DNA of 64,000 nucleotides from Epiperipatus broadwayi (Eukaryota > Animalia > Onychophora), in assembly GCA_028023455.1 (NCBI GenBank), contig JAQFVV010000007.1, positions 10,478,001-10,542,000 on the forward strand, in the 5' to 3' direction. Positions 46,330 through 60,599 of the stretch are shown piece by piece. The stretch's first letter is position 1. Every line of letters begins with the position of its first letter. The notes under the pieces were generated by a model, which worked only from the letters and a program-made list of their open reading frames with translations, did no database searches and was not told the origin of the DNA. Both the position numbers and the translations under genes were made by a program.

Positions 46330-47120
46330 TGTTGCCTTTTAACTTCTTTAGAAGAATGCTTTTTCTCTGAAATACTTCATCAGCATGTCTGATTGGAGCT
46401 CTTCAATGTACTATGTTCTCTGCCATATCTTCTGAATATAAGCAATTGTCATTGCATTTCTTTAAAATATATATAAGATAATCGCCTCCATGGAAACTAT
46501 GCTCAAGTTCTCCATACATTGTTTATTTGTTTGATACATCAAAGCCAATGAAGATGTAATTTTACAATAATGGACTCTATATATTGCAATCAACAAGCTG
46601 AAGAGCAACACATTGACTAGTTTTATGGTCTTGCCATTGTAGTTTAAAACATTTTATAATGCCTTTAAATTCCACTGATATGGTGTCAGAATCTCACTTT
46701 CTTGCAATAAATTCAGTAAAATAAAAGTTCTATATTCTGTTAATTTAGATGCTGTAGTTTTTCCTTGTGATGAAGTCCTCTATCTTTTAACTTGTTAAAA
46801 ACAGTGGTAGACACACATTGAAGTCTATGTTGCACTTCATCATCTAAGTCCATTACCTTTCTACTTATAAAAATATCAAAGTATTTAAACAGATTTACCT
46901 TTTCATGTTGATAAACATCCTAGTTATATTTAGTAGCTATTGAGGATTTTTTATTTTGTCACTGAATGATAAAGAATTTGAGTTTGATCATTAATTAATA
47001 AATCAAAGTCTTTATATGGTGCATTTAAAACATTCTGAAAATCATCTTTTAGACTGGCAAAAGTAGCACAATCTTCAGCATGCTGTAAATCCCAAATCCA
47101 AAAAGTTCATATTTTTACTT
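46330..47120 (-). mobile_element. Old RTE/BovB-like RT relic
   Basis: IWDLQHAEDCA.FA (YADD region), FKYF.I.I, DDEVQHRL, LQWQD.K.S..V. Confidence 0.6.
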
Positions 47121-47174
47121 TTAATCAATTCAAATTAATAAGTATATATTAATTGATATCAGCAATACAGGGAC

Positions 47175-47525
47175 TTTATATCGAAGAAATGTAGAGAGAT
47201 GCATGTTAGGAATAACATGAGGAAATCAAAAATGCAATACACGGATAAGAGAAGAAATAGGTGTTACTGACATTGTTGAAAGAATTAAAATACTGAAGTG
47301 AGTTGGGCTGGACATATTTTTAGAAGAGATGATAATAAATCCACAATTGAAATCCTAAACCAGGTTCCAAAAGATTTTGTAAAAAATTCAGAAAGAGACC
47401 ACATATGAGATGGATGAAATAAAAAAGTGTGCAGGGATAATGTAAGAAGCCAGAGATTCGAGAAGATGAATTGAACTTGGGAAAACTATTATGTAGTGAA
47501 TTGATAATGGTTGTTGATGATAATG
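47175..47525 (+). mobile_element. RTE 3' fragment
   Basis: gagagatgcatgttaggaataaca...gttgggctggacat...gaaagagaccacatatgagatggatg...ttgataatggttg. Confidence 0.85.
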
Positions 47526-48555
47526 ATCATATTTGTTTTACAATAATTTTTGAAAATATGAAGAATTTTAAAAAATATATGATGCTTATATCAAATTTTT
47601 ATATTGCTATTTTTTAATATATCCAAAAGTTAATGCATTATCAGAAATTTAACTTTCCATTTCATCACTTATACTTTAAGTACTTGAATAAATACAACAG
47701 ACACAGGAAAATGCCTATAAAATGCATTTCATACTCAACCAGCATTCTTCAGTAGTCCAGTTCACAATCTCTCATATGACTTCACATTATACTTGCTCAG
47801 TATTTATTAATTTGAACCTTCAGAATAAAAACTGTAAATAAGTTCAGATCTACTATTAAAGAGGGTCTCACAGTTGAAGTATTAAGAGAAGAGCAATTTT
47901 TTATCAGCATTTTCATGCCCCAAGATTAAACTCTTTCTCTCACAGAAGACTGAATATGTGTGGACTCTATATTCTGAAGAAAAAAAACAATAGCAAAAGA
48001 ATAAATTAAAAATACTACTAATACTGCCTCATGACATTAAGTACAATATTTATGCATTTCAGTGCTGGGAATCATTAACAGAGGTAGTTGTTATAATCAA
48101 AATAAAACAGAAATGCAAATTTATACATTTAAGTATGCCTCTTTCAATATTCACTCAAACAAATACTATTAGCTTTTTGTTTACTACTGAGTTTATTTTA
48201 TTAATGGATCATATTCTTTAAAATGATACATACCTATGTAATAACTGTAGATTTTACAGATACAAATAACTTATTATTCAGATGCATTTGTATGTGCATA
48301 GTATTATCATACATAAATTTCTTCTGGGGCACATTGATTGTCAACTTGGAAATAAATATTATTACAAAAAAACATTGTAATGACATAGTAAGCATTGATG
48401 TATAACAAGATTAAAGTTAAACATTTTACAATAAAAAATCAACAGCTTTTGGTATTAATGGGATTTTAAAAAATTTTTTCAAATGGAAGACAGCTTTCAT
48501 GTATCATCACACTTGTTATGACAATTTGAATTCTGAAGGATTTTAATGCTTATTA

Positions 48556-48596
48556 CCTAGCTGATGACTAGTGCAATTTAGTCAAAATATTGATAG
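48556..48596 (+). ncRNA. Degenerate hammerhead motif
   Basis: cctag CTGAT GACTA gtgcaatt TAGTC aAAA tattga tagg; stem I CCTA/TAGG; core shortened by 2 nt. Confidence 0.4.
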
Positions 48597-48617
48597 GATA
48601 GTACTATGAATCCATAC

Positions 48618-48758
48618 ATGGATGAATCTGGATAAGAAAATGTGCAGGGGTGTTGTGGAGAAGAGAAGCTAAAGATCGGAGAAGATGGATTAAACTTGGA
48701 GAGACCTTCATCCTGCAGTGGATTGATAATGGTTGATGATGATGATGATGATGATGAT
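48618..48758 (+). mobile_element. Very short, young RTE 3' copy
   Basis: One mismatch over about 110 nt versus 24044-24155; (GAT)n tail. Confidence 0.92.
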
Positions 48759-49559
48759 GTACATTAAACACAGATGTATATCTCTGTACTTACAGAAAAG
48801 AAAAAATCAATAATAGTACTAATTTTTAGCTAACAGTAGTAATTTTCAGCAAAGCACATTTTCAGTACTATGTATTATGAATTAGTACACAATACCAAAA
48901 GTATGCTAGGCTAAATAATAATAATATTTTTATTATTATTATCAAATTTTTATTTTAGAAAGCAATCATCACTTAGCCAATCCTAATATAAATAACAGTC
49001 TACAATCTCAAACTGTTGTCAAGGCAACCTCTTTTTAACAAGGTGTTATATATACCTCTTTTTAACAAGGTGTTATATATATATATATATATATAACAAA
49101 ATTAAAATAAAACTTAGTGTATCATCAATAATTTTGATGATGAAATAATATTTAGTCATGTTTGTAAACCTAAACAAATACACATAGTTTGCACTGAACA
49201 TACATCAGAAAATAAAATATTAAATGAGAAGTGTAGTTCATATTATTACTCAGTAATGAGCAGGCTGAGGGTATTTTTGGATAGGCATACTTAAATGTTT
49301 AAAATTGCATTTCCATTTTTTATTTATCTTTCATCAAAAATACTCATCACCAAAATGCATTAAGTTAATATTGAATGTTTTTAAAATTTCTTTGCATATG
49401 AAACAGTTTTTACATTACCTTTAATTCATTACATTTCAGTGATGAAGGTTGTTGTTTGGTCATGATTATATCTATAAACACAAACAAGTATACATACTTT
49501 TATAATATATTTATTAGTAATATATAGATACAGAATATACACTCAATTTACAATTGTTA

Positions 49560-52500
49560 CTTATAGATAGATATACTCCACCTGCTATAGTTGGCAAAGT
49601 ATACTTCTCAATTGTAGGTGAACTGTTGAAGAAAAGAATGTGCATTCTCTTGTAGATTTCTTATACATTTCCAGCTGAGCTTGGCAGCCTATTTTGTGAA
49701 TAGATATGACTCTTCCTGCTGTGCTATGATGGCTTGCTTTGAGTTGGATTTGGTTCTGGAAGTTTGCAGTTCTGACCATAAACTTGCCTTAATGCATAAC
49801 TATTCGCTTAAATAGGTATAGTCTGAAGAATGAGCACTGCTGTTAAGGTTAGCAGCAGTTCCCTTAATCATATATAGAAACCCAGGCTACTGTTCATTCA
49901 GGTTTAACAATTGTTTTTTATCCTTACCTACAAAAAGGTTGATTGTTTACATTCCCAGATCCCCAACATTAATGGAAACATTCAGAATCAATGAACATCA
50001 TTGCCTATTGACTTGTTCTTGCCATCAGTTATGCATTATCTCTTTATATATGTATTGGTTAGCATCAATGAATGCTCAATCTGATCATGATAAAAAAAGA
50101 ATCTGGGTTATTCCATTATTTGAAGGCAAGGTGAGATATAAAATTTCCTCCACCTGGTTAAAATTAACCCTGGAGAATGCTGTCATGCAGTGTATTTGAA
50201 AATGTCTTCTTCATGTTGTTGCTTCTATTGCTTTGGTCTTGTTCTCAGAGGGTTCACTGCAGTCATCACTTGGTCTTTTTGAAACTCAATATTCATTACA
50301 GCTGTCTGGTCATGAAACTGTAGGTTAATTACAACTGGCTGATGATGAGAAAATTAACTTAAGTGTGTTCTTTTGGTGATGTTATCCATCAACAGTTTTA
50401 CCACTATTTGTGGTCTTTTTACTTTGATCACAACTGCTGGAATCTATTATATGGTTCCCTTAAAAATGCAGCATAGGATATCAGTACCTGTTCATTTTTG
50501 GCATTAAATTAGTCTTGGGCATTATTTTAGGGTTAGAGCCCAGATTCATTACTTCTGAACCTGTTTGGATTTATTGTTGTGAACTGGTTCACTTTAGACA
50601 CTGTAAAATGGAAATGAGTGAACCAATCATGTCTTTAATAAATTACTTTGCTTACCAGCAGAGACAACAAGAGGCAGATATTTAGTTCTATTGGTCATTG
50701 TAATCTTTACTCTTGCCTGACCCAAGATTGCTTCTAGACTACCTTGGTAATCAGTTATTGTTTTGCTGTGAAGATGCAGCTGAAATCTATTACTTTTATC
50801 AATGATATTGTTTGACACTATGGACACTAGACTTTGTGTCCAGTTTCATTGCAACTGGTGTATTATTAATAATAATTTTGGTGTTTGAAAACAGAGCCAT
50901 TATTTCTTACATTGTTCATGAGGGCAAATTTATTTTTTTTACTTTAAAATGCTTTTTTTGCTTTTTGGAGTGGAATTTTCCATTCTGTCAGTAGATACTT
51001 GTTATTTGTATTTAAGACAAGCAGTTTTTGTGTTAGCAACATGCTTGCTATATTTACCCACTGTATAGCAGTGTGGAATTCTGTGTGCATGTATCGGTTT
51101 GTTACATGGGTAAACACTTTTTACTCATTGTTGTTGATTTATTTGAGCTGTCAGATGGGTATTTGACTGACTCAGTGCTCTCTTCAATACTTTCAATACT
51201 CAAATTCATTTTTTTAAAAATGGCTTTGCTTGACTAAATGTTGATTCTGCTAATGTTGCTTAAAACAAAGCAAATTCATGTCAGACTCATTTAGAAGCCT
51301 GACCCTAATATTATGATTGCTCATTCTGCAGACAAATTGATCTCATAGAATGTCATTAAAGAAGTCTTTAAAATCACTTTTTAATACTAATGTAAGTATT
51401 CTACCAGTGAAATCTTTAGTTTTTTCTTCTTCCCTTGGATACAAAAATTCAAATGATATCTGTACATTATCATTGGGATTTAGGAGTAAAAAGGTTCGTT
51501 AGATAATGCCTTTTCAAAATCTAAGTCAGCTGGTACCTCTGTTATTGCTTGTGATTTAAGGACCTCATAAATATAGGGTTTTATTATTAACATAAGCATG
51601 GTTTATTTCAACTCTAGCCTTTTGGTCTGATTATCCTGTAAAAAAAGATTACTTGATCTTTATAGCTTGGCCAATTCTCTAGATAGACTGGGTTAAATGC
51701 TTCAACAAAGCCAACATTAGTGGTTATGTTACTTTTCTCCTCTTTATATTATGTGTGATAGAAAAAAAATTAATTTATGTGAGTCACCATTTGGAAAAAT
51801 CTTTTAATGTTTATTTGACAAGCCACTGTTTGGATAACTGTCAATTTCTGATAAGTCCACATTTAACAAACCACTGGGATAGTTTCTGACCTTATTACTA
51901 AGAGTAACTCTTTCTTTTTTGATTTTACAAAGTTTTATTGACATGCTAATAATGTTTGCTGCCAATTTTTTTCTGGGTAACAATAAAATCTAACATCCTG
52001 CAGGGACAAGATTCCGTTGCTTAAAAACTTTTCTAGCCATTGTGAAATTTTTTATTTATTTTATTGATTGCACCAAATCTATTGTGTTTAGTCATGATTA
52101 TATATAAAAACACAAATGAGTATACATATATTGTATAATATATTTATTATTAATTCTAAGCTTGCATTTTATACACAACTAATGAAGCTGTATAATGATA
52201 AATAAACTGAGCATTTTCAAGAATTCTATGTTCCCATATTCATAGCTTTTTTCACTAATAGTTAGGAGATATCACAGTAATGCATGTAAATTTATATAAT
52301 AATATTTAAAAGGTCCACTTTTCAGACATTGTAAAGCAAGCATCTCTTCTATTGGTTGCTTTAGGATTTTCTGTGATGAAACAGGCTTCCTTCACCTTGT
52401 GCTTAGCATCGTTGCACTCAGTGCAAATCATCTTGGCTGACATCCATTGGAAAGTGTGACCATCTCTCATGCTCTAAAAATGTTGAGTTGCCTTCAGTCT

Positions 52501-53940
52501 TAGTTAGCATTCAGTTATATATGTATCGGTGCTGCAATACTGTAGTGGTGATGTTTGCTTTGGTTTCTTCATAGTATGTTGCTTGGAAACCTCCTTGGGG
52601 CAACTTGTACATGACTTTGGAGGTTAGTTTGGGTGTGATTTTGTCCTTTGTATTGTTGATTAATCTGTTAGTTGATGGAGGCAAGTGAAATCCTACTTCA
52701 AAATCATTGGAAAGTGTTTTAACTAAATGTTTAGCTATAGAGAGTATATATGGTAACATAATCTGAGGTGTACTATAACTGCGTTGAATCTAAGGTTGTG
52801 GTAAATCTGTTTGACTTTTCTAATGATAAGTTCCGCATTTGTATCACACATTCTCCAAGTCTTCCAGGTATCACATCAAATTATCTTTCTTGACAGGCTT
52901 AAATTTACATAATTGGTGGTTTTTTAAAAAAAATGAAGACAAAACTGCTAACATGTGGGCTTGTGGTGCATTTGAACTTAGATGGATATAGCCTTTTATT
53001 TTAAGTCATTTAATTATTCTATAGTCAAGATCTGATTGATTCCTTTGAATTTGAATGTCAAGGTATTTGACCTCACACCTCTTATCTTCCCATGTAATGT
53101 TCAAAGTTAATTTTGAAGAAATGTGGAGGTCATTGTGAATGCTGTCAATTTCTGGAGGCAACAAAAATATGTCATCTATGTATCAAGTGTAGACTGTATT
53201 AGATATGTTATTGTGATATTGGGGGATAATTTGTTTTTCATAGTGGTTGAGCACGATGCTAGAAATAATTACACTCATGGGGAGACCCATGGACCAATCA
53301 TTTTCCATGTGGAAATATTTTGCTTCAAACACTGCAAGGATGTTCTCATAAAGATTTGTGAGAAAGTCAATGTTATATAGATACAAACCATACAGTCGAT
53401 TTAGAAATTGTTATTTATAGATAGCTATGCTCTGCCTGCCCCTGTTGGCAAGGTATAGTTCTCAATTCTAGGTTGAACTATTGAAGAAGAATTCTACATT
53501 CCCTTGTAGATTTCATACCCACTTCCAGCTGTACTTGGATGTCTATCTTATGAGTTGATACAGTGACTCTTCTGGCTGTATTATGACAGTGCTTGCCTTG
53601 AGTCAGCTTTATTTTGGAAGCTTCTATTTGTTAATGTGAACTTGTCTCACTGTGTAACTGTTAGCTTAGTTCCCTTTGACTGGATATGGACAACCAGATT
53701 ACTATTAAATTCAGGTTTAACTGTTTTTCTATGACCTTATCTTTAAAAAGGCTGTCTATTTATTGCCAGATATCCCATGTTCATGTAAACATATGGTTTC
53801 ATTGAGCATCAAAGCTTATTGACCTGTCTTGCCAATTGTTATGCATTATTTCTTTGTATACATATTGGTTAGCAGCAATGAATACTCAATCTGATCAAGA
53901 TAAGAAATAATCTGAACTAATCTGTTATTTGAAGGCAAAA
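49560..53940 (-). mobile_element. Permuted or tandem Penelope-like element, degenerate
   Basis: 53940-52340 RT (WSMGLPMS) and GIY-YIG (VMYKLP..G..ATYYEET, KHKVKEACFI, KWT); HHR at 52204-52247; then ATG near 52040 and a degenerate N-terminal region running into a second RT start at 50130-49560 that repeats 53940-53420. Confidence 0.7.
52204..52247 (-). ncRNA. Hammerhead with variant A3-U8 core (N7=A)
   Basis: agct ATGAATA t GGGAA catagaa TTCTT GAA AATGCT C agtt. Confidence 0.65.
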
Positions 53941-54289
53941 TAAATATGACAAAGAGTATCACTGTTTTTTTAAAGTATCAATAATAGACCATTAAGAATA
54001 CACATAGGCAATACAGATAATGAAAGAAAGTGCACTTATACTAATTCAGATAATTTTTTTTACTAATTCAGATAAATAAATCCTAAAAACATGATAAATT
54101 TTTTACTAATTCAGATAAATAAATCCTAAAAACATAGTTAGTAAAATGGATTAGCTATATTATATACTCATAATATCAACATGATTAGGATTTTCAGCAT
54201 AAAAATGCAGTAACACCACTAACACCATTGATGTTTATCATGAAATTTTGATGTTAGAATGACTTTAAAATTTTTATATTGACCCTTGC

Positions 54290-57200
54290 AGTGATGATGA
54301 CTCTGTTATATGGAAATTAATTTAGTGCTAATGTTTTTAAAAGTGTAACTTTGGGACCGTCTGAATTTAAATTGATTTTCGTGGACCATAATTGCCTTAT
54401 CCTGAGCCTAAAGACTGAAAACAATACAATTCACATTATTTACTTATATCTGCAGAATGAAGAATCAGTAATTCTGAAAGTAATACACAAGATCAATATG
54501 GTGATTTCCTCCCGCCAAGAGCCAACAATCTTCTTTGGGGATTTTAATTTACAATATGAGACATTTAATAAAAAATATATCCACTTAATTAATAGAGAAT
54601 TTATGTGTGACCAGGGTTATTTTCCCTCAGGTGCCTACTCCTTCTATACAAGAAATATAAAACACTGATCGATCTGTTATACTACACCCCAGACTTTCAT
54701 TACCTAAATGGAGACATCTCTCAAACCAGTAGTCTTCTCAGACTACCTGGCCTTGAAGGTCTGGATTGATGTAAAAGATGCTATCCAGATTCCTGGTGGA
54801 TTTATGAAGACAACAAGGATGCTTAACAAGATCCATGCCCCTACAGCTATATTCTCCAAAATATATATTTATCTCCAGAAAATTAACATCCTGACCCTGC
54901 CACCTATTGAAGCATGGGTTACATTTATTGAATTAACAAGTTCGATCATTGATTTCTATATGCAAAACCAAAAAGGATTAGTCAAGCTCATGCAAGATCT
55001 ATATAATATTCAAGATAGGTTAAATACAGATCCAAGTGCAATGGAAAACATAAAATTGATTCTAGAACTGAAAGAAAGATATAAAGATTCACAAAGGGAA
55101 CTAGCAAAATTTATTGCAATAAAAAAAGAGAAAATTTTTTCTTGCCAGCCACCACTGCTGGACAAAAAGCTATATTCAGTGGGTGGTTGGTGCAGGAAAA
55201 AAGCAGATTACACCAGCATCCCTTCTCATTGACAGACAATTCTACACAGGCAGCACAATGCTAATGAAAATTCACAATCATTTTAAAGGAAATTGCAGAA
55301 TGTTGTAGGACAGCAAATAAAACAAGATTACAGCATAAACAATGATGGACTACATGGGATCACAGAAGGGAAGATTCTTCAAAAACTACAATCAATTCCT
55401 GATAGCACACACCTGGGACCACATGCAGTGCCTAAATTTGTGTTCCTGCACCTCAGTCACTTCACCATTCCAATAATTAAAAACATGATTGACAAGTTAT
55501 CTAAGGGATGCAGGAACATGCCAAGTCTTTACCCAATCTAACTGGTACCTTTTGTAAAAAAGCAAGGTGTCCTCATGGACATTAATAATTTGCAGCCTAT
55601 CTCAATGACCCCACTATTAATCAAGGTCATTGAGGGCCTAATCAAAGACTATATACAGGATGTTATATAAAAGCATTTATCACATTCATAGTTTGCCAAA
55701 AAAGGCTCATCGACTGCAGACATGGTATGCTAGCTTAAGCTTACTGTTGATTATGTTAGAACATCAAAAAGAGCTGGACTGATTGCTGTCCAATTGGACA
55801 TTTTGGTGGCATTTGACTCAGTCAGTATAAATACTCTGCTTGAAATCCTAAACAGATATTCAGTCCCAAAGGTATTCTTAACAATCATTAAGAACCTCCT
55901 GATGAACAGAAAAATATTAATGGTGCTTGATGGACAGGTTGCCCCAGGATTTAAGCCTTTACTTTCTATCCCACAGGGCTCCCCATTGAGTTCTTTCCTG
56001 TTCATCATATATATTAATTCTCTTCTCGAAAGTATTGAATCAAATCTTCCTGGATTATATATGTCTCCAATTAAGAAAATAATTAAACATCTGTCCTACA
56101 AGGATGACATACTAGTGATTCTCCCATCTGAAAAACATACTCTGAAACAACAAGATGTGATAGATGAATATTCAAAATGTTATGGCCTAAATTTAACCTG
56201 GTGAAGTCTGTGGCTTGTAGGTTGATCTCAGGACAAATGATTGCCTTAAGATTTGTGGACAAGCTGCAGAAATTCCTTGGTTTCCCAATACACTTGTCTT
56301 CAGTTTTAATGAGAAGCAATATCCAACAATCCCTGCTAAAGGCAACCAAAAAGATAACCACATCATTGTCTGGAATATATCTATCCAACTATGGTAAAGT
56401 CACATTATTAAACATGATGATATTGACAAAGATTAATTATTATCTTTCTGTGATTAATCCCATTAAATGGTTCATCTCGAAAATTGCATCCTTATGCTTT
56501 GGGCTGCTCTGGAAAAAGAAAACAGTAGTGATAAGCTACAGACAGATGCAATGACCCCAGGATCATTAATGGAATAGGTCTCCATGATGTTTATACCTTA
56601 TGGTTCCAGAAGTCTTACAATTTTCTCCATAAATTAAAAATGAATAAAGAGAATGAAAGAAATTCCTACCTTTATCATTCCAAGAGATTGGCCTCCACCA
56701 CCATGGAGAAGAAACTTGCTGGATCAACAACTAAATGAGCTTATAAAATGCATAACAATTAATAAATACACATTTCAAAACAAATTAACATTACTGGCAG
56801 GCCTTTAGTATGAAGCACACTGACTTAAAAAACCATATCTAAAGTTTAGCCATCTCAAATGATAAATTAATACGGAAATTCAAAAGATGGAGATTAGAGT
56901 CCAAATATCTGAATTATCTAATCAAAACCAATGTAAATGCATTACCTACTAATGAATTTTTAGTTAATAAAAGAGGATACTCAAAAATTGCCTCAACTTG
57001 CATGATTTGCAAAAAAGAAGATGAAACCATCAACCATTTCAGATTCAGATGTAATCAGCTAACGCAACTTAAAATTACACTAATGAGTTGGATCAAGGCA
57101 AATCAATTTAAATTACTTAATTTGAAAGAATGTATCAGAAAAGGATCATACCCAGAAATTAGACTCTCATTAATTCTTGATCATCTATTATAGATAACTA

Positions 57201-57600
57201 GATGTAAGCTAGTATTTAATCATCAAAATTTCAATCCTATTAACTTCATGCAGAGCAATCCAGAAATTAGACTCAATGATCATTAATTCTTGATCATCTA
57301 TTATGGATTACTAGATATAAGATAGTATTTAATCATCAAAATTTCAATCTTATTAACTTCTAAAGAAACAAGAGATAGCCTGATAACCCCTGAGATTATT
57401 TTTACCATGACTTGGGATATGCTGGATTTATCCTCTCCATGGCCCAACCAAGAGCACGATGCTCTGCAAAGGAGCAAACAGAAGAGCAATTGACTCAAAT
57501 TTGGGAAAACCAAATGAAGGAATAAAAAAAACACTTTGAACAAAATATGTACCAAATAATCTCTAATGTAATAATATAATATTTAATAAATTATTTTTAA
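54290..57600 (+). mobile_element. Degenerate L1/Tx1-clade LINE ORF2
   Basis: APE FFGDFN, IDL, FSDY; RT QPISM, DILVAFDSV, IPQGSPLSSFLF, YKDD, KFLGFP, GKVTLLN; zf-RVT CMICKKEDETINHFRFRC. About 109-bp internal tandem duplication at 57141-57370. Confidence 0.85.
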
Positions 57601-58129
57601 AAAAAAGATGTAAAAATGTTCTATCAAGCAATAGTTATTTTCTGGCAGCAGTCATTTGTTTCCAAACCATCTTTATTTATTAAATCTCTGCTTAATGTCA
57701 AAAATGATATTTTGTGGTTATGAACTTAGTTATTTAGCTATTTCTATTGTAATTCATATTTTCATTATGTATGAATCACAGTTATATTTTCACAAATGTA
57801 TTGTGCTTTATTCCAAGAATTTAAAATAGCTGCACTTAGACCTGACAACCTACAGAGATATATATCTAATATATACTGGTCATATGTTCTCTCTCAGTTT
57901 TACATATGATAGTTATTGTTTAGTTGTGGATTTTATTTAAATTTACTTGGACTTACACTTTAAATCCTCTTTGGAACTGCAAGTTGGCTTGATTAGTATT
58001 TAAAAAGATTCCCACTAATATAAAGTGTAACATTATTTGAATATCAATTATTGATTTATTTACCATGTAACATTGATTGTTTTTTTTCTCAGTGATGTTT
58101 ATTCATCAAAAAAATATAGATACAGTTAA

Positions 58130-59400
58130 AAAAAGGTTTACAAGGAAGTGATTAAAAAATAAATTGAAATTTCAGGAGCAACATGGTAAGAGGGGAAGGA
58201 AACATGTGAAAGGGAATGGGAAGTGGAAAGGGGTGTCCAGGCTTATCTGAAATGCAGGTTTTTGTAATTGAGTTCTATGACAGAGGCTGAGAGGATGGGA
58301 ATTCAAGGATTGCCCAAGTGTCTGTGAGGAGTGGAGGTGGGCTAGTTTGGCATCTCTGGTTTTGAGACAGCAAATTAGGTCCAAGAGCTTTTGGTTCACT
58401 GAGGGTTCTTTCTGGTCAAAGATAATGTCACATTGGAGAAACCAGAGAGCATAGATGAGGAAAACTGATAGTCTAACAGCTGCAAAGACCCTATGAATTC
58501 TTGGAGGTTGAAGTTGGCACTCCTGTGTGAGGAAAGGTAGGAGTTGATGACATTTTTCAAGCCAAGCAGAAAAGAACAGTTTAGTAGGAAGTGCTGGAGG
58601 GTTTCATTGTCAGTTTAACAGAGCTGGCATATGGGAGAGATTTTTGTGAAACCCCTACGGTTGACCAAAAATTGATTTGTGGAAAGAGAGTGAAGATTGA
58701 TTTTGAGGAGGAAATTTGAGAAATTTTGCCTCAAGGGACCACCTTTTGAATTTGTGGATTAATTGACCATTGGTAAGTCTGAGGAAGGTTGGGGACACAA
58801 TGGAGAAATATGCAGTCTGATTGAAAACCTCCCAGTACTTTAGTTTGCTGCTCATGAATGGTATAACAAAGCCAGCCTTTTGTAGGATGTTGGCAATGAG
58901 TGAGGTCCATGACCTGGGCCTGCCATTGGGAGGAGGAGTGTCAGTGTGATAATGATATGCACAAGGTTGGCAGGAAAGTGACTTAGGAGTATGAGGATAA
59001 TGTTGTGGGATCTCTGGATCAGAAGAGTGTTGTTGGAGTGCAGGCCCAACCCATTGAGATATTTAGAAAAACAAATTCTTTTTAGGCTGATGGCCACCAC
59101 CTTTCTGCCCCAGAGAAAATGGGTGCAAAGGGAATTAATTTTCGATATAAAGGAATGTGTAGATATAACAATGGGAAGATAATATGCTATTTTAAAAAAC
59201 ACTAGAAATTGAGGAGGGTGGCTTTCCCATAAAGGGAGAGGTAGATGCCTGTGATAGTGCTGAGACTGGATGTTATGTTTTGATAAAGTGTGGTTTGGAC
59301 CTGTACTCTCATGTCCCTAGGAGACAGCATGATTGTTGGGCTAAAATGAAGTACTTTTTGTCTATTAGGATAATGTTGATACAAGAAAGTCGATGTTATC
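58130..59400 (-). mobile_element. Second L1/Tx1-clade 3' fragment
   Basis: GIYLSLYGKATLLN, FISKINSLCTHFLWG, RICFSKYLNGLGL; homologous to 56350-56600. Confidence 0.8.
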
Positions 59401-60599
59401 TATACGTTTGTTAAAATGGCCCTATTGGAATCCAATTTATTAATAATATATACAATTTCATTAAATTTAAAAAGATGCACATTTTTAGAAATTTCATCCT
59501 TCACAATTTTTATAAATTTGAAAGAATACTTCTTTTTCTGTTTTACTTCTTTTTCTATAAAGTAATGTTTTTCTATAAAGGAATGTTATTCTTGTGTAAT
59601 AATAATAAAAAACAAACATTTTAGTTTTAATTTAACTTTATTTGACTTACTATTTACATTTTATGAGAGATATGATAACATTACATTGATATTATTTGCA
59701 TCTGTTAAAAACAGAATAGGAAGTAGCAAAATAGATGGTATTATATATATATATATATATAGCATGTATTTATAAGTATAAACAATAGACAAGCCACTGT
59801 GTTGTGAATGAGATTAGACTCCAAGTAACTGCAAAAATATCAGTTGGTCTCTAATTTTAACATTATCCTTTTTTTTATTATTTTAAAAGTGTGTTTTAGT
59901 ATTATGAGATATGATAAAATGCTATGAAACAGAGAGTGAAAAGAATGAATGTGTTGATTTTTTATATTAGGAATAGACCTTTCTGCATGTTATAAATGAG
60001 ATTGTTAATTGTTTATGAATTTGAATAAATAATATTTGTGATAAGAGCATGCCTAGAAATAAGAAAGGTACAATCTAGAAGAAAGTATTCCAAGGTTTCT
60101 TCATTTCCATGATAAAGGGCACATAATGGATTTATGTTTGAAAAGTGTCATTTATAGGGGATAAATGAATTATTAGGAAGAGTTTTGACATTAAATTTTA
60201 ATTAAGAAGTCTAGATATTTGTGTTTTAGATACTGTAACGGTAAATTTGTAATGGTACATGGGTTTGAACCAAAATCCAAAGATATACAAATATACATGG
60301 TAAGTTTTGATTCAAATAAATATTAAATATGGTGAAAATTGAATGGTTAATAAAATTCAAATAAAATGATCCAAATATATAATATTAACTAATTGATGAT
60401 GATGATTTAAAAGTATAAGTGCTCCCAAAAGAATTTAATTTGTTTTTCATTTTCAATAAAATAAACAATGTAATACTCAGGCACTAAACCATCTAGCTAT
60501 AAAGTTTACTTTTGGAAAACTTATTATAGTATGATTGTCATCATTTAGTAATTATTACCACTATCTCCTCTGTCCCCAAGTGTATTGCTTGATTTCTTA

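Noticed and set aside
47720-47810. Minus-strand IVNWTTEECWL, SAM-like peptide
   Set aside because: Flanked by stops with no exon structure.
44190-54140. Small local tandem duplications (44190-44243, 49027-49080, 54040-54135)
   Set aside because: Ordinary slippage duplications; not CRISPR-like (no unique spacers, eukaryotic context).
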